From NCBI GenBank assembly GCA_035353855.1, contig DAOQAK010000011.1, forward strand, positions 10,406-74,405: DNA of 64,000 nt, read 5' to 3'. The notes below the pieces were generated by a model, which saw only the letters and a program-made list of their open reading frames with translations, was not told the origin of the DNA and searched no databases. Positions 11,701-21,356 of this stretch are shown piece after piece; within the stretch, counting starts at the first letter, position 1, and each line of letters starts with the position of its first letter. The translations under genes and the position numbers were made by a program. Source of the stretch: Bacteroidales bacterium (GTDB lineage Bacteria; Bacteroidota; Bacteroidia; Bacteroidales; CG2-30-32-10).

Positions 11701-12109
11701 TTCTTTGGTTTATACTTGCTTCAATAAGTAAAGTATTATCGGGATTTGAATCAGCAAGGTGCTTAAGTTGCAGAGTATTCAGCAATTTATCCTTGATATC
11801 AGAAAAATGTTTTCCAATAATTTCGGCTGCCTGTTCATGCGAAATTATTTTACCGATATGATATAATTTCAATAAAGGAGTAAAAAAATAGTAATATAAA
11901 ATTCCAAGGTTAATAAAAATGAAAGAATAAAACATAATTGTTCGCATTACTATCCCAAAATGCCCGAAATACTCAAGCATTGTTATAACAATGTAAAAAA
12001 TAAGAATAGTTGCTATAGAATAAATAGTTCCCTTTATCAGAAAATTCTTATAATATTTCCTGATAAATTCATCGAGTTTACTAATTAATATTTGATAATT
12101 ACCGGTCAA
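8768..12109 (-). CDS. Large membrane-anchored coiled-coil protein (DUF4175-like)
   Basis: 1113 aa. N-terminal TM helices, a beta-rich middle, and a very long K/E/Q-rich heptad-like C-terminal half. The architecture matches conserved Bacteroidota DUF4175 proteins as I recall them. Confidence 0.75.
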   Translation of the reverse strand: MTGNYQILISKLDEFIRKYYKNFLIKGTIYSIATILIFYIVITMLEYFGHFGIVMRTIMFYSFIFINLGILYYYFFTPLLKLYHIGKIISHEQAAEIIGKHFSDIKDKLLNTLQLKHLADSNPDNTLLIEASINQRIEQLSPVPFPIAIDLKKNRKYIKYAGIPLLLLLFMIIAAPGLITAPTNRIIHHGTYFEREAPFQFAIQNKSMQAIQQEDFLLSVKITGDEIPENVFVEINGNEYQLTKDNTVNFHYNFKNLQKDQKFQLFADKYYSKEYEIVVIPKPIILNFDVTLVYPSYLDKQDESLINTGDLIIPEGTQIKWHFLTRDTKEMKLRFKDKTINTQNKSENSFSYTEVFKNSQNYSIIPANNFLKNNDSLTYSINVIADAYPTVKVVEYSDSINKNQRYYKGMIKDDYGFRGLTFNYRKLNCADSLITKRSEIKSVKINNSITQQEFYFYYDFSDIATEPGDEFEYYFEVWDNDGVNGSKSTRSQKLIYKLPSKEELEKKTEESNEQIKNELTESITEAKKLQKQIEKFSKDLVDKKTLTWQEKKQLQDILDLQKNLQNKVDLIQKENLKKSSLEEQYQKDNTDLLKKQEELNKLFNELMTDEMKELFKKIQDMLDKLDKDKVSDMLDKMKLSSKDLEKQLDRNLELFKQLEFEKQLNETIEKLNELSEKQKDLSQKTEKANSDKNEQLKNEQSELNKEFQDVRKDMDSLQKKNENLENPNNLEKTDTEENSIQQEMQNSMNNLNNNKNKKASESQKNAAEQMQELADKMEQMQEEMQEEKEGEDINTLRDILENLIKASFDQEDLINQLGEVKTSDPQYNTLIQQQKNLKDDIQMIEDSLFALSKRQSQIESFVNQEISEINDNVKNAITQLNLRNTSTAKSKQQSAMTSINNLALMLSETLSAMQKQMMEQKSGSCSKPGSCKKPGNGKPSFKSIRQLQEQLNKSMENLKNGTNPNGKDGNKSMSEQLAKLAAQQEALRRQLQELAEQLKEEGNTNTGNLNKLMDKMEETETDLVNKILSGETIERQKEILTRLLESEKAEKERELDEKRESNEAKNQNYSNPTDFFKYNSIKLKEVELLKTIPPSLKSFYKNKVNEYFYNFVK

Positions 12110-12192
12110 AAGTTTTTTAATTCAAAAGTTCCACAAATATAACGAATAAGATGGCTCTTTATTAGTACTTTTACAAAAATTAACAACGAATT

Positions 12193-14349
12193 ATGGGGCA
12201 TAAAAAGAAAACCAAAAACAATCAGAATCCTTTAGTAAACGATATTCTTAAAATTTTCGCCAACAATCCTGATAAATCATACAATTATAAACAACTGGCA
12301 AAGCTGTTATCAATTAATGATAAAAGCAATAAACAATTATTAAATGTTTTACTGGAAGATTTATTACGAAAAAATTCGCTAATACAAGAAGAAAGAGGAA
12401 AGTTCAGCATCAACCCTGAAATGGTTAAGTTTTATAGTACTGCTAAAACATCCATTATCGGCATTGTTGATATGAAATCGACAGGTAAAGCATTTATTAT
12501 TTCAGAAGGGGAGGCAGAAGATGTTCTGATTTTCCCGAACAATACCAATAGGGCGCTACATGGCGATACCGTTAAAGTGCATATATTCCCAAAACGAAAA
12601 GGACATAAAACGGAAGGTGAAGTAATTGAAATCATCAAAAGGGCAAAAACAAAATTTGTTGGAATACTTGAAGTATCCAATAAATTCGCCTTTGTAGTGC
12701 CTGATAATACGAATATGCCTGTTGATATTTTTATTCCACATGAAAACCTGGAAGGTGCAAAAAACGGACAGAAAGTAGTTGTTGAAATTACCGATTGGCC
12801 AAGACAGGCAAAAAATCCTTTTGGTAAAATTCTTCATGTACTCGGAGTACCGGGAGAAAATAACGTGGAAATGAATTCTATTCTTGCTGAATTTGGCTTC
12901 CCGCTTGAATTTCCAAAGAATGTTCTTAACGATGCCGAAAAAATCCCTTCAGAAATAACGGAAAGTGAAATAAAGAAACGAAGGGATTTCAGAAAAGCTG
13001 TTACTATAACCATTGATCCCGAAGACGCAAAAGACTTTGATGACGCGTTATCCATAACCTGGCTACCTAACGGAAATTATGAAGTAGGTGTTCACATAGC
13101 AGATGTATCGCATTATGTAAAACCCGGAAGTAGTGTTGATAAGGAAGGTTATGAACGCGGCACGTCAATATACCTGGTCGACAGAACCATTCCCATGTTA
13201 CCCGAAAAATTATCCAATCAGCTTTGTTCATTGCAGCCACATGTTGATAAACTTAGTTTTTCGGCAGTATTTGAAATGAATGATGATGCAGAAATAATTA
13301 ATCTATGGTTTGGTAAAACCATTATTAACTCAAATCATCGTTTTAATTATAATGAAGTACAGGAAATCATTGAAAAAGGGGAGGGATTGTTTTCAAAAGA
13401 AATTTTAAAGCTTCATCAATTAGCCGGTTTACTAAGGAAAGAACGTTTTAAAAATGGTTCAATAGAATTTGAAACTACTGAAGTAAAATTTAAATTGGAT
13501 GAAAAAGGAAAACCTTTAAGCGTGTATATAAAGGAGTATAAGGATTCCAACAAACTGATCGAAGATTTTATGTTACTTGCCAATCGTAAAGTTGCTGAAA
13601 TTATAGGAAAGAAAAAAAATAAAGAATCGGCAAAAACCTTTGTTTACAGGGTACACGACGAACCTAATCCTGAAAAATTAAACACATTCTCAGAATTTGT
13701 TTCTAAGCTCGGTTACAAAATGAAAACCACTTCAAGGAAAAGCACCATTGATTCATTTAATAAACTTCTTGAAAACGTTGAAGGAAAAGGCGAGCAAAAT
13801 ATGATCGAGAACCTTGCAATACGCACTATGGCCAAAGCATATTACAGTACTGATAATATCGGGCATTATGGTTTATCATTCGAATATTATTCTCATTTCA
13901 CTTCACCTATTCGTCGTTATCCTGATCTTATGGTTCACCGTTTATTGTTTGAATATTTGAATGATGGCGCTTCTGCAAAAAAAGATGAATACGAAGAAAA
14001 ATGCAAGCATTCATCGGACATGGAAAAACTTGCAGCCGATGCAGAACGCGCCTCGGTAAAATATAAACAGGTGGAATTCCTTGTTGACAAAGTAGGACAA
14101 GTGTTTGATGGTGTTATTTCGGGTGTGAGTAAATGGGGAATATTTGTTGAAATTAAAGACAATAAATGCGAAGGCATGGTTTCGTTACGCGATATGGAAG
14201 ATGATTTTTATTATTTAGATGGAGATAATTACTGCGTGATAGGACAACGCAACGGCACCAGATATAAGCTTGGTGATGATGTGAAGATAAAAGTTAAAAG
14301 AGCCAACCTTTCAAGAAAACAATTGGATTTTGAATTATGTCAATTGTAA
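12193..14349 (+). CDS. rnr: Ribonuclease R
   Basis: 718 aa. N-terminal winged-helix/cold-shock-like region, central RNB domain (IDPEDAKDFDDALS, HYGLSFEYYSHFTSPIRRYPD), C-terminal S1 domain. Confidence 0.95.
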   Translation: MGHKKKTKNNQNPLVNDILKIFANNPDKSYNYKQLAKLLSINDKSNKQLLNVLLEDLLRKNSLIQEERGKFSINPEMVKFYSTAKTSIIGIVDMKSTGKAFIISEGEAEDVLIFPNNTNRALHGDTVKVHIFPKRKGHKTEGEVIEIIKRAKTKFVGILEVSNKFAFVVPDNTNMPVDIFIPHENLEGAKNGQKVVVEITDWPRQAKNPFGKILHVLGVPGENNVEMNSILAEFGFPLEFPKNVLNDAEKIPSEITESEIKKRRDFRKAVTITIDPEDAKDFDDALSITWLPNGNYEVGVHIADVSHYVKPGSSVDKEGYERGTSIYLVDRTIPMLPEKLSNQLCSLQPHVDKLSFSAVFEMNDDAEIINLWFGKTIINSNHRFNYNEVQEIIEKGEGLFSKEILKLHQLAGLLRKERFKNGSIEFETTEVKFKLDEKGKPLSVYIKEYKDSNKLIEDFMLLANRKVAEIIGKKKNKESAKTFVYRVHDEPNPEKLNTFSEFVSKLGYKMKTTSRKSTIDSFNKLLENVEGKGEQNMIENLAIRTMAKAYYSTDNIGHYGLSFEYYSHFTSPIRRYPDLMVHRLLFEYLNDGASAKKDEYEEKCKHSSDMEKLAADAERASVKYKQVEFLVDKVGQVFDGVISGVSKWGIFVEIKDNKCEGMVSLRDMEDDFYYLDGDNYCVIGQRNGTRYKLGDDVKIKVKRANLSRKQLDFELCQL

Positions 14350-14370
14350 AAATTATTCATTAATGGAAAT

Positions 14371-14413
14371 AAAAAACCCGATGTTCGCAAATAGCGATCA
14401 ATCGGGTTTTTTT
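14371..14413. terminator. Bidirectional rho-independent terminator between rnr and hup
   Basis: Hairpin cccgat..atcggg with inner tcgc/gcga pairs, flanked by A6 on the left and T7 on the right. Sits between convergent stops at 14349 and 14428. Confidence 0.75.
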
Positions 14414-14427
14414 AAAGTAAAAAATTC

Positions 14428-14700
14428 TTACTTAACTGATTTTGCTAAAGCAGCACCAGCTTTAAATTTAGCTACTTTTTTAGCAGCAATTTTAATTGGT
14501 TTTCCGGTTTGAGGATTGCGTCCGGTTCTTGCAGCTCTTTTAGCTATTGAGAAAGATCCGAAACCTACCAGAATAACGCCTTCACCTTTTTTAAGTGATT
14601 TGCTGATAGCTGTGATAGTTGCATCTAATGCTTTACCACTGTCTACTTTACTTAATTTTGCTTCTTTAGCAATTGCATCAATTAATTCAGCTTTGTTCAT
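14428..14700 (-). CDS. hup: HU family DNA-binding protein
   Basis: 90 aa. MNKAELIDAIA...GFGSFSIAKRAARTGRNPQTGKPIKIAA is a canonical HU arm. Confidence 0.95.
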   Translation of the reverse strand: MNKAELIDAIAKEAKLSKVDSGKALDATITAISKSLKKGEGVILVGFGSFSIAKRAARTGRNPQTGKPIKIAAKKVAKFKAGAALAKSVK

Positions 14701-14930
14701 TTTTTTTAATTTTAGTTATTTAAACTTGTTTTAAAAGTTGAATAAAATTAGTAAAAAAAAATAAAGTACCAAAAAAAAATAAAAAAAAATTATAAAAAAA
14801 TCTCTCCGTTTAGAGCCATTCATCGCAAAAAAGGAGAAATTACTAAAAACAAAATCATCTAAAACTATTGATTTTACTGGATATTTATTAAATGAAACGA
14901 TGGGAATAACATTGTTAGCAACTAGTTGAA

Positions 14931-14968
14931 AAAAAATAAAAAAAGGGCATTTTAAAAAATACCCTTTC
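14931..14968 (-). terminator. Rho-independent terminator of the LytTR regulator gene
   Basis: On the minus strand: AAAGGG..CCCTTT stem with an AU-extended inner stem, followed by a long U-run. Starts about 20 nt after the stop at 14989. Confidence 0.65.
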
Positions 14969-14988
14969 TCAATTTTATGAAAACAATA

Positions 14989-15741
14989 TTAAATTAAATT
15001 CAGTCTGCTGAAAAGTTCTTTGCGATAGAGCCCGCCAATAGGGATAACTTTCATTTTTCCTTCAATAACCAAATCAGGATATTTTATTGAAAATATTTTG
15101 TCGAGACGAACAATAAAGGAACGATGCACCCTTACAAATTCTTTTGCAGGAAGAATGCGCATCATTTCTTTCATAGTTGTATGTGTTGTATAAATATTAT
15201 CAGATGTATTTATAACCACATAATCTTTTAAAGCTTCAACAAAGAAAACATCTTCAAATTTGATTTTATTGAGCCTATAATCGGCGCGAACAAAAATGCT
15301 GTCTTTTGATTCTTTATTTTCAACAATGGAATGGAAAAGGTCTCTTTCGCGTTTAACCTGCGAATCCTTTTCATGCTTATACATTGCGATTTCAATCGTG
15401 GTTTGTAATTCTTTTTCTTTAAAAGGTTTGATTATATAACCATAAGGTTCGGCAACTTTTGCTTTGCTTAAAGTGTTATCATCAGCATAGGCAGTTAAAA
15501 AGATAACGGGGATGTCGTAATTTTCGCGAATTGCATTTGCAGCTTCAACTCCATTCATATCCCCCTTAAGCATGATGTCCATTAAAATAAGGTCAGGACG
15601 TGATTGCTCCACTTCCTCAATTGCTTTTTCGCCAGAAGCAACAACGGTTGGAACGATATAACCCAGTTTCTTTAAACTATTCTGTATATCCTTTGCGACT
15701 ATGCTCTCATCTTCTACGACTAAGATTTTAAGTTTTGCCAT
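14989..15741 (-). CDS. LytTR-family two-component response regulator
   Basis: 250 aa. N-terminal receiver (DLILMDIML, KPF) and C-terminal LytTR DNA-binding domain (FVRVHRSFIV). Confidence 0.9.
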   Translation of the reverse strand: MAKLKILVVEDESIVAKDIQNSLKKLGYIVPTVVASGEKAIEEVEQSRPDLILMDIMLKGDMNGVEAANAIRENYDIPVIFLTAYADDNTLSKAKVAEPYGYIIKPFKEKELQTTIEIAMYKHEKDSQVKRERDLFHSIVENKESKDSIFVRADYRLNKIKFEDVFFVEALKDYVVINTSDNIYTTHTTMKEMMRILPAKEFVRVHRSFIVRLDKIFSIKYPDLVIEGKMKVIPIGGLYRKELFSRLNLI

Positions 15742-15909
15742 AACTTGTATATTTTTTAAGATTAAAGTTTAAAATTAATAATAAATTTTAAATAATAGGC
15801 AATTTATAAAAAAAATTAATAGCTTAAATATTATTTTACAAAGTTAATATTTTTCCTTTAATATCGTTATGTTGTATCATTGGATTAAAATATTCATGTA
15901 TAATATTTT

Positions 15910-17442
15910 TTATTCTTCGGTATTTTCTTCTGTTGGTGGTTTAATTTTAACGCCATCATATTTTATCTCAATACCATTTTTATAAGTTGTTGTAAGAAAT
16001 AAGGTACCTGTATTATCATACTTAAACCAATCGCCTTCCCGTTTTCCCATAATATAATAACCTTCTTCTTTAATATTACCGTTCTCCCAATAATATACCT
16101 GCTTACCATTAGGATTATCGTCAAGGAAACTACCTATAAAAAATGGATTTCCATTATCATAAGTATATTTCCATTCTCCATCACGTACACCGCTTTTGTA
16201 AGAACCTTCCATTACAATATCGCCTTCATGATAATACCAGGGACCTTCTTCCAAATCATCAACGTATTCTCCTTTTGCAACAATTGTCCCGGAATCGGTA
16301 TATTCAACAGACACGCCATTTCTTAACCCATCAATATAATTTTCTTCGCGAAGAACATTTCCGTTATCATAAAACCATTTCCATTCCCCATCGGATTTTT
16401 CATTTTTTAAAAATGTTCCTTCTTGTTCAAGTTTTCCATTTTTATAATAATATTTCCACGGACCTATTCTTTGATCATTCAGGTATTTCCCAACGCCTTT
16501 AAGTTCGCCTGTTTCAAAATATTCTTTCCAATCACCTTGTTTATACCCATTATTATCAACAATCCCATCGCCAACAACAGCGCCACTTTTATAAATTTTT
16601 GAAGATTCCACATTACCTTCAGGTGTAAATATCCTGGTTATTCCTTCAGGAATATTATTTTTATAACTGCCTTTTTTCTTTATTTTTCCATCGGGATAGT
16701 ATTCCGTTTTAATATCGAGCCTGCTTACTTCAGAAGCGTCAACCTGTATTTCTCCATTTATATATTTTGAAATATTTTTTAAATTTCCATCTGAAAAATA
16801 ATCTTTAAAATATCCATCTTTTACTCCATATTTATAATATCCTTCTGATTTTATAAAACCATTAGGATAAAAATCCACCCATTTTCCATGTTTTAAAGAA
16901 TCATTTACATAACGGTTTACTTTTTCTTTACTTATCATATAACCATTCTTGTATTCGTAAAGAGCAATAATAGTACTGTCTTTAGAATATTCAATCGCTA
17001 ATCCCTGCTCTCTTCCTTTTACAAAATTCACTGATAAACGAATTTTACCATTAGGATAATAGTAAGTGGTAAAGCCTTGTTTAATATCATTCACAAAATT
17101 TTCTGCAATAATTTCACTCGAAGAATAGGTGGTTTTAATCCCATTCTTTTTACCAAGTTTATAATTTATTTCAAGAACAATTTTTCCGCTATCATTATAA
17201 AATTTCCAAGTGCTGTCGAGTTCAAATTTTTTCCTGTTACCTTCACTTTTCATCAACCCGTTTTCATAATAAGTTTTCCAGTATCCATTAGGTTTTCCGT
17301 TAACCATATATCCTTCGCTTGATATTTTTCCATTATCATAACGAAATACAGTAAACGTACCTTTACCTGTAGTATCTTTTTGTGAGAAACTTAATAAAGG
17401 AAATAAAAATAATATGAGTAATAATTTATTTTTCATTATCAC
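15910..17442 (-). CDS. Secreted MORN-variant / YwqK-like repeat protein
   Basis: 510 aa. Signal peptide, then more than 15 repeats of the G-x-W-K-x-Y-Y-x-N-G-x-L-x-x-E-G type. Confidence 0.8.
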   Translation of the reverse strand: MIMKNKLLLILFLFPLLSFSQKDTTGKGTFTVFRYDNGKISSEGYMVNGKPNGYWKTYYENGLMKSEGNRKKFELDSTWKFYNDSGKIVLEINYKLGKKNGIKTTYSSSEIIAENFVNDIKQGFTTYYYPNGKIRLSVNFVKGREQGLAIEYSKDSTIIALYEYKNGYMISKEKVNRYVNDSLKHGKWVDFYPNGFIKSEGYYKYGVKDGYFKDYFSDGNLKNISKYINGEIQVDASEVSRLDIKTEYYPDGKIKKKGSYKNNIPEGITRIFTPEGNVESSKIYKSGAVVGDGIVDNNGYKQGDWKEYFETGELKGVGKYLNDQRIGPWKYYYKNGKLEQEGTFLKNEKSDGEWKWFYDNGNVLREENYIDGLRNGVSVEYTDSGTIVAKGEYVDDLEEGPWYYHEGDIVMEGSYKSGVRDGEWKYTYDNGNPFFIGSFLDDNPNGKQVYYWENGNIKEEGYYIMGKREGDWFKYDNTGTLFLTTTYKNGIEIKYDGVKIKPPTEENTEE

Positions 17443-17453
17443 AAATGTATATT

Positions 17454-18425
17454 TTATTTTGAAAGTTCAAGCATTTTTAAAACCGGTATTCTTGCTTTAT
17501 CCATTAATTCTTCCGGTAAAATAATTTCAGGTTGTTCATATTTCATGCAGATATAAAGTTTTTCCAAAGTATTTTTTTTCATGTGCGGACAATCATTACA
17601 TGAACAGGTTTCATCATTTGAAACAATTATAAATTCTTTTTCCGGTGATTCTTTTTTCATCTGATGAATTATTCCGGTTTCTGTTGCAACTATAAATTTA
17701 TTTGATTCATTTGTTTTTGTATAATTTAATAATGCAGTTGTAGAACCAATAAAATCAGCTATTTCAAGTATTGTTGCTTTACATTCTGGATGTGCAATAA
17801 TTTTTGCACCAGGATTTTCTTTCTTTAAATTCAATACTCTTTCAACAGTAAGAATATCGTGTACTTCGCATGTTCCATTCCACAGAACCATATTTCTTCC
17901 TGTAATATTATTTATATATGAACCTAAATTTTTATCAGGACAAAAAACAATTTTTTGATCTTTTGGAATTTTTTCAATTATCTTAACTGCATTTCCAGAA
18001 GTACAAATAATATCCGACATTGCTTTAACTTCAGCAGAACAATTTATGTAAGAAATCACTAAATGATTAGGATAAGATTTTAAAAACTCTTTTAAATCTT
18101 CCGGCTTACATGAATCGGCTAAAGAACATCCTGCAGTTAAATCGGGTAAAACAACTTTTTTATCCGGGTTTAAAATTTTTGCAGTTTCGGCCATAAAATG
18201 CACGCCGGCAAAAACAATCAACTCAGCATCATTTTCCTGGGCTTTTTTTGACAAAGCATAGCTGTCGCCAATAAAATCAGCTATATCCTGAATTTCCGGA
18301 ACCTGGTAATAGTGAGCGAGTATAATCGCATTTTTTTCTTTTTTGATTTTTTTAATTTCGTTGCGAATATCTAAATTTTTATCAATGTCAATATTCAAGT
18401 ATCCTATTTTATTTATTGAATTCAT
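17454..18425 (-). CDS. nadA: Quinolinate synthase NadA
   Basis: 323 aa. AHYYQ...VHFMAETAKIL...HPECK motifs and conserved Cys ligands. Confidence 0.95.
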   Translation of the reverse strand: MNSINKIGYLNIDIDKNLDIRNEIKKIKKEKNAIILAHYYQVPEIQDIADFIGDSYALSKKAQENDAELIVFAGVHFMAETAKILNPDKKVVLPDLTAGCSLADSCKPEDLKEFLKSYPNHLVISYINCSAEVKAMSDIICTSGNAVKIIEKIPKDQKIVFCPDKNLGSYINNITGRNMVLWNGTCEVHDILTVERVLNLKKENPGAKIIAHPECKATILEIADFIGSTTALLNYTKTNESNKFIVATETGIIHQMKKESPEKEFIIVSNDETCSCNDCPHMKKNTLEKLYICMKYEQPEIILPEELMDKARIPVLKMLELSK

Positions 18426-18961
18426 AAAAAGTATTATAATTAAGTTTTATATATTTTATGTTATATTAATATACCTGTTAGTTATGTTGAAAAAATATTT
18501 TTAAAAAATTGATAGAATATTTTATTAAAACATATTAACAAATTTAATAAAAATAGAATTATTTAAATAATTCATTTTTAATATTTTGATATTTTATTAA
18601 CAATGATGTAAAAATTAATAAGTTTAATAAATAACAGAAAAAAAATTAAAAATAGCTGTTAGAATTTTGTTTGATTTATATAAAAAGATTTTAAAACTAA
18701 ATTTGATTTATTCATGAAAAAAAATAAGAGAATAAAAAAACAGATTTCAAACCTTTTTAATTTTTTAATTAATAACAAAGTTATAATGTTATTAACAAAT
18801 ATAATGTGAAAAAGTATTAAATACTGTAAAATAAACCGATTATGTAATATATACGGATAAAACAGATATTAATAAAGAATGTTTAATAAATTGTAAAAGA
18901 AACAAATATAGTGAGTACAGAATATTGGTATTTTTGTTTTGATTTTTAATTATTAACAAAT

Positions 18962-19402
18962 ATGGAAAAAATAAAAGAGATTGCAATAGGCAGCGATCAT
19001 GCAGGATTTATTTATAAAGAAAAAATAATTGAATTCTTAAAAGGACAAGGATATCTGGTAAATGATTTGGGATGTTATTCAGAAGCAAGTGTTGATTATC
19101 CTGATTTTGTACATCCTGTAGCAATAATAGTTGAAGAGAATGTTAATACAAAAGGAATACTTATTTGTGGCAGCGGTAATGGTGTATGTATGACAGCCAA
19201 TAAACATCAGAGCATACGAGCAGCATTATGCTGGAACGAAGAATTAGCAAAGCTTTCAAGGTTGCATAATGATGCTAATATAATATGTATTCCTGCCCGG
19301 TTCATTGATTTAGATTTAGCATTAAAGATGATTAATATTTTTCTTACTACTGATTTTGAAGGAGGAAGACATTTTAACAGGGTGAAAAAAATACCTTGTT
19401 AA
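18962..19402 (+). CDS. rpiB: Ribose-5-phosphate isomerase B
   Basis: 146 aa. IAIGSDHAGF and CGSGNGVCMTANK motifs. Confidence 0.93.
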   Translation: MEKIKEIAIGSDHAGFIYKEKIIEFLKGQGYLVNDLGCYSEASVDYPDFVHPVAIIVEENVNTKGILICGSGNGVCMTANKHQSIRAALCWNEELAKLSRLHNDANIICIPARFIDLDLALKMINIFLTTDFEGGRHFNRVKKIPC

Positions 19403-19458
19403 ATAGATACCTATTATTAATTGAGTAATTTTGCATACATATAGAAAGAATAAAAAAA

Positions 19459-20841
19459 ATGTCAGATAAATATTTGAAATTTTTAAAAGATAGTGAAGAG
19501 AAGGCTTTTGATAAAAAGCACCGAAACATTATTAATTTCAATATTTCCAAATACGATACCGCAGTAGCAAAAGGGAAACTCCAATATCATGATATTGAAT
19601 TAGCAAAAAAAAGAGCAGCACACATTAAGCATAAAGCTATAAATAGTTTGGATGAATACCTTGTTGAATTTGAAGCAAATTTTATATTGCGCGGAGGGAA
19701 GATAATTTGGGCAGACACACAGGAAGAAGCAATAACTGAGATTATCAAAGTTTTAAAAAAATACGATGCAAGACATGTAGTAAAATCGAAATCGATGATT
19801 ACCGAAGAGATTGAGCTAAACAACCATTTGCAATCGCAGCACATTGAATCGCTTGAAACAGATTTAGGTGAATACATAGTACAATTAGCCGGTGAAAAGC
19901 CTTATCATATTATTACTCCGGCAATGCATAAATCGAAAGAAGATATTTCGGAATTATTTTTTCAGAAATTCGGATTCGGGAAAGAACATTCAGCAGAAGA
20001 GCTTACAGAGTTTGTAAGAAAATTATTGCGTGAAAAATTTGTTGGAGCCGATGTTGGAATAACAGGTGCTAACTTTCTTATTGCCGATATGGGCGCAATT
20101 GCCGTTACCGAGAATGAAGGCAATGCTTTGATGACGGTATCATTCCCAAAAGTTCATATTGCAATTTGCGGAGTTGAAAAAATTATTCCTTCTTTAAAAG
20201 ATCTGGATTTATTCTGGCCGTTGCTTGCAACGCATGGAACAGGACAAAACGTTACAGCATACAACTCAATAATTTTCGGACCTAAGCAGGAAGGCGAAAG
20301 CGATGGGCCCGATGAAATGTATCTTGTAATATTGAACAACGGACGCGATAATGTTCTAGCGCTTGACGAACAACGCCGGGCTATGTCCTGTATCAAATGC
20401 GGAGCTTGCCTGAATGCTTGTCCTGTATATAAGAATATTGGAGGTTACACGTATAACACCACTTATAGTGGTCCTATAGGTTCGGTTATTACTCCGCATA
20501 TGCGAGGGAAAGAAGAATTCAAGCATCTGAGTTATGCTTCATCACTTTGTGGAAAATGCAGCGAAATATGCCCGGTTATGATTAATCTTCACAAACTTTT
20601 ATTGTATAACAGGAGAGATTTTGTGAAAGAAAAATATGTTACCAGTTCTGAAAAAACAGTTATGTATTTTTGGAAGAAAGCCATGATGAGTCGTAAGTTA
20701 GTTGAGATGGCTACACCGGGAATGAAAAATTTATTACTGAAAAACTTTTTCGCAAAATCGTGGGGACCAAGAAGGACACTACCTGCAATAAGTCCGAAAT
20801 CATTTAACAGGCTTTGGAAAGAACAACGAAGCCATAAATAA
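19459..20841 (+). CDS. lutB: LutB/LldF-type iron-sulfur protein (LUD domain plus two 4Fe-4S motifs)
   Basis: 460 aa. CIKCGACLNACPVY and CGKCSEICPV ferredoxin motifs after a LUD-like domain. No lutA or lutC next to it. Confidence 0.75.
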   Translation: MSDKYLKFLKDSEEKAFDKKHRNIINFNISKYDTAVAKGKLQYHDIELAKKRAAHIKHKAINSLDEYLVEFEANFILRGGKIIWADTQEEAITEIIKVLKKYDARHVVKSKSMITEEIELNNHLQSQHIESLETDLGEYIVQLAGEKPYHIITPAMHKSKEDISELFFQKFGFGKEHSAEELTEFVRKLLREKFVGADVGITGANFLIADMGAIAVTENEGNALMTVSFPKVHIAICGVEKIIPSLKDLDLFWPLLATHGTGQNVTAYNSIIFGPKQEGESDGPDEMYLVILNNGRDNVLALDEQRRAMSCIKCGACLNACPVYKNIGGYTYNTTYSGPIGSVITPHMRGKEEFKHLSYASSLCGKCSEICPVMINLHKLLLYNRRDFVKEKYVTSSEKTVMYFWKKAMMSRKLVEMATPGMKNLLLKNFFAKSWGPRRTLPAISPKSFNRLWKEQRSHK

Positions 20842-20855
20842 TTTTATATTTTTCT

Positions 20856-21356
20856 ATGAAAATATTGTTTATACAAACCGGCGGGACAATTGATAAAGAT
20901 TATCCTCAAGGCCCCGGGGCTTATGCTTTTCAAATACTTGAACCGGCTGTAAAAAATATTTTGGAAAAAATAAATCCCACATTTGAATACAAAATAATAT
21001 CGATGTTTCGCAAGGATAGCAACGATATTACCGATAACGACAGAAAAAAATTATCAGACTTTTGTAAAAAAACAACTTTCGAAAAAATAATTATAACTCA
21101 CGGAACCGACACTATTATTGAAACAGCGAAGTTTTTGTCTGTTATAAAAAATAAAACTATAATTCTTACCGGGGCATTTCGTCCGGAAAAATTAAAAATA
21201 TCGGATGCCGATTTTAATATTGGTTTTGCATTAGGTGCGCTGAATAATGCGCCAAACGGGGTTTATATAGCTATGCAGGGGAAATTATTTTTAAACGATA
21301 ATGTTGTCAGAAATAAAAATGGTGTTTATGAAGAAAGAAAGAGAAACAGGAAATAA
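20856..21356 (+). CDS. Asparaginase N-terminal-domain protein (short, single domain)
   Basis: 166 aa. TGGTIDK catalytic Thr motif and HGTDT motif. Lacks the C-terminal asparaginase domain. Confidence 0.7.
   Translation: MKILFIQTGGTIDKDYPQGPGAYAFQILEPAVKNILEKINPTFEYKIISMFRKDSNDITDNDRKKLSDFCKKTTFEKIIITHGTDTIIETAKFLSVIKNKTIILTGAFRPEKLKISDADFNIGFALGALNNAPNGVYIAMQGKLFLNDNVVRNKNGVYEERKRNRK

Noticed and set aside
18426-18961. 536-bp extremely AT-rich spacer between divergent nadA and rpiB. I looked for an sRNA, a riboswitch or a small gene (a 31-codon ATG ORF starts at about 18714).
   Set aside because: No stable helices, repeats or conserved-looking peptide. The composition alone explains the open frame. 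It is most simply a divergent promoter region.
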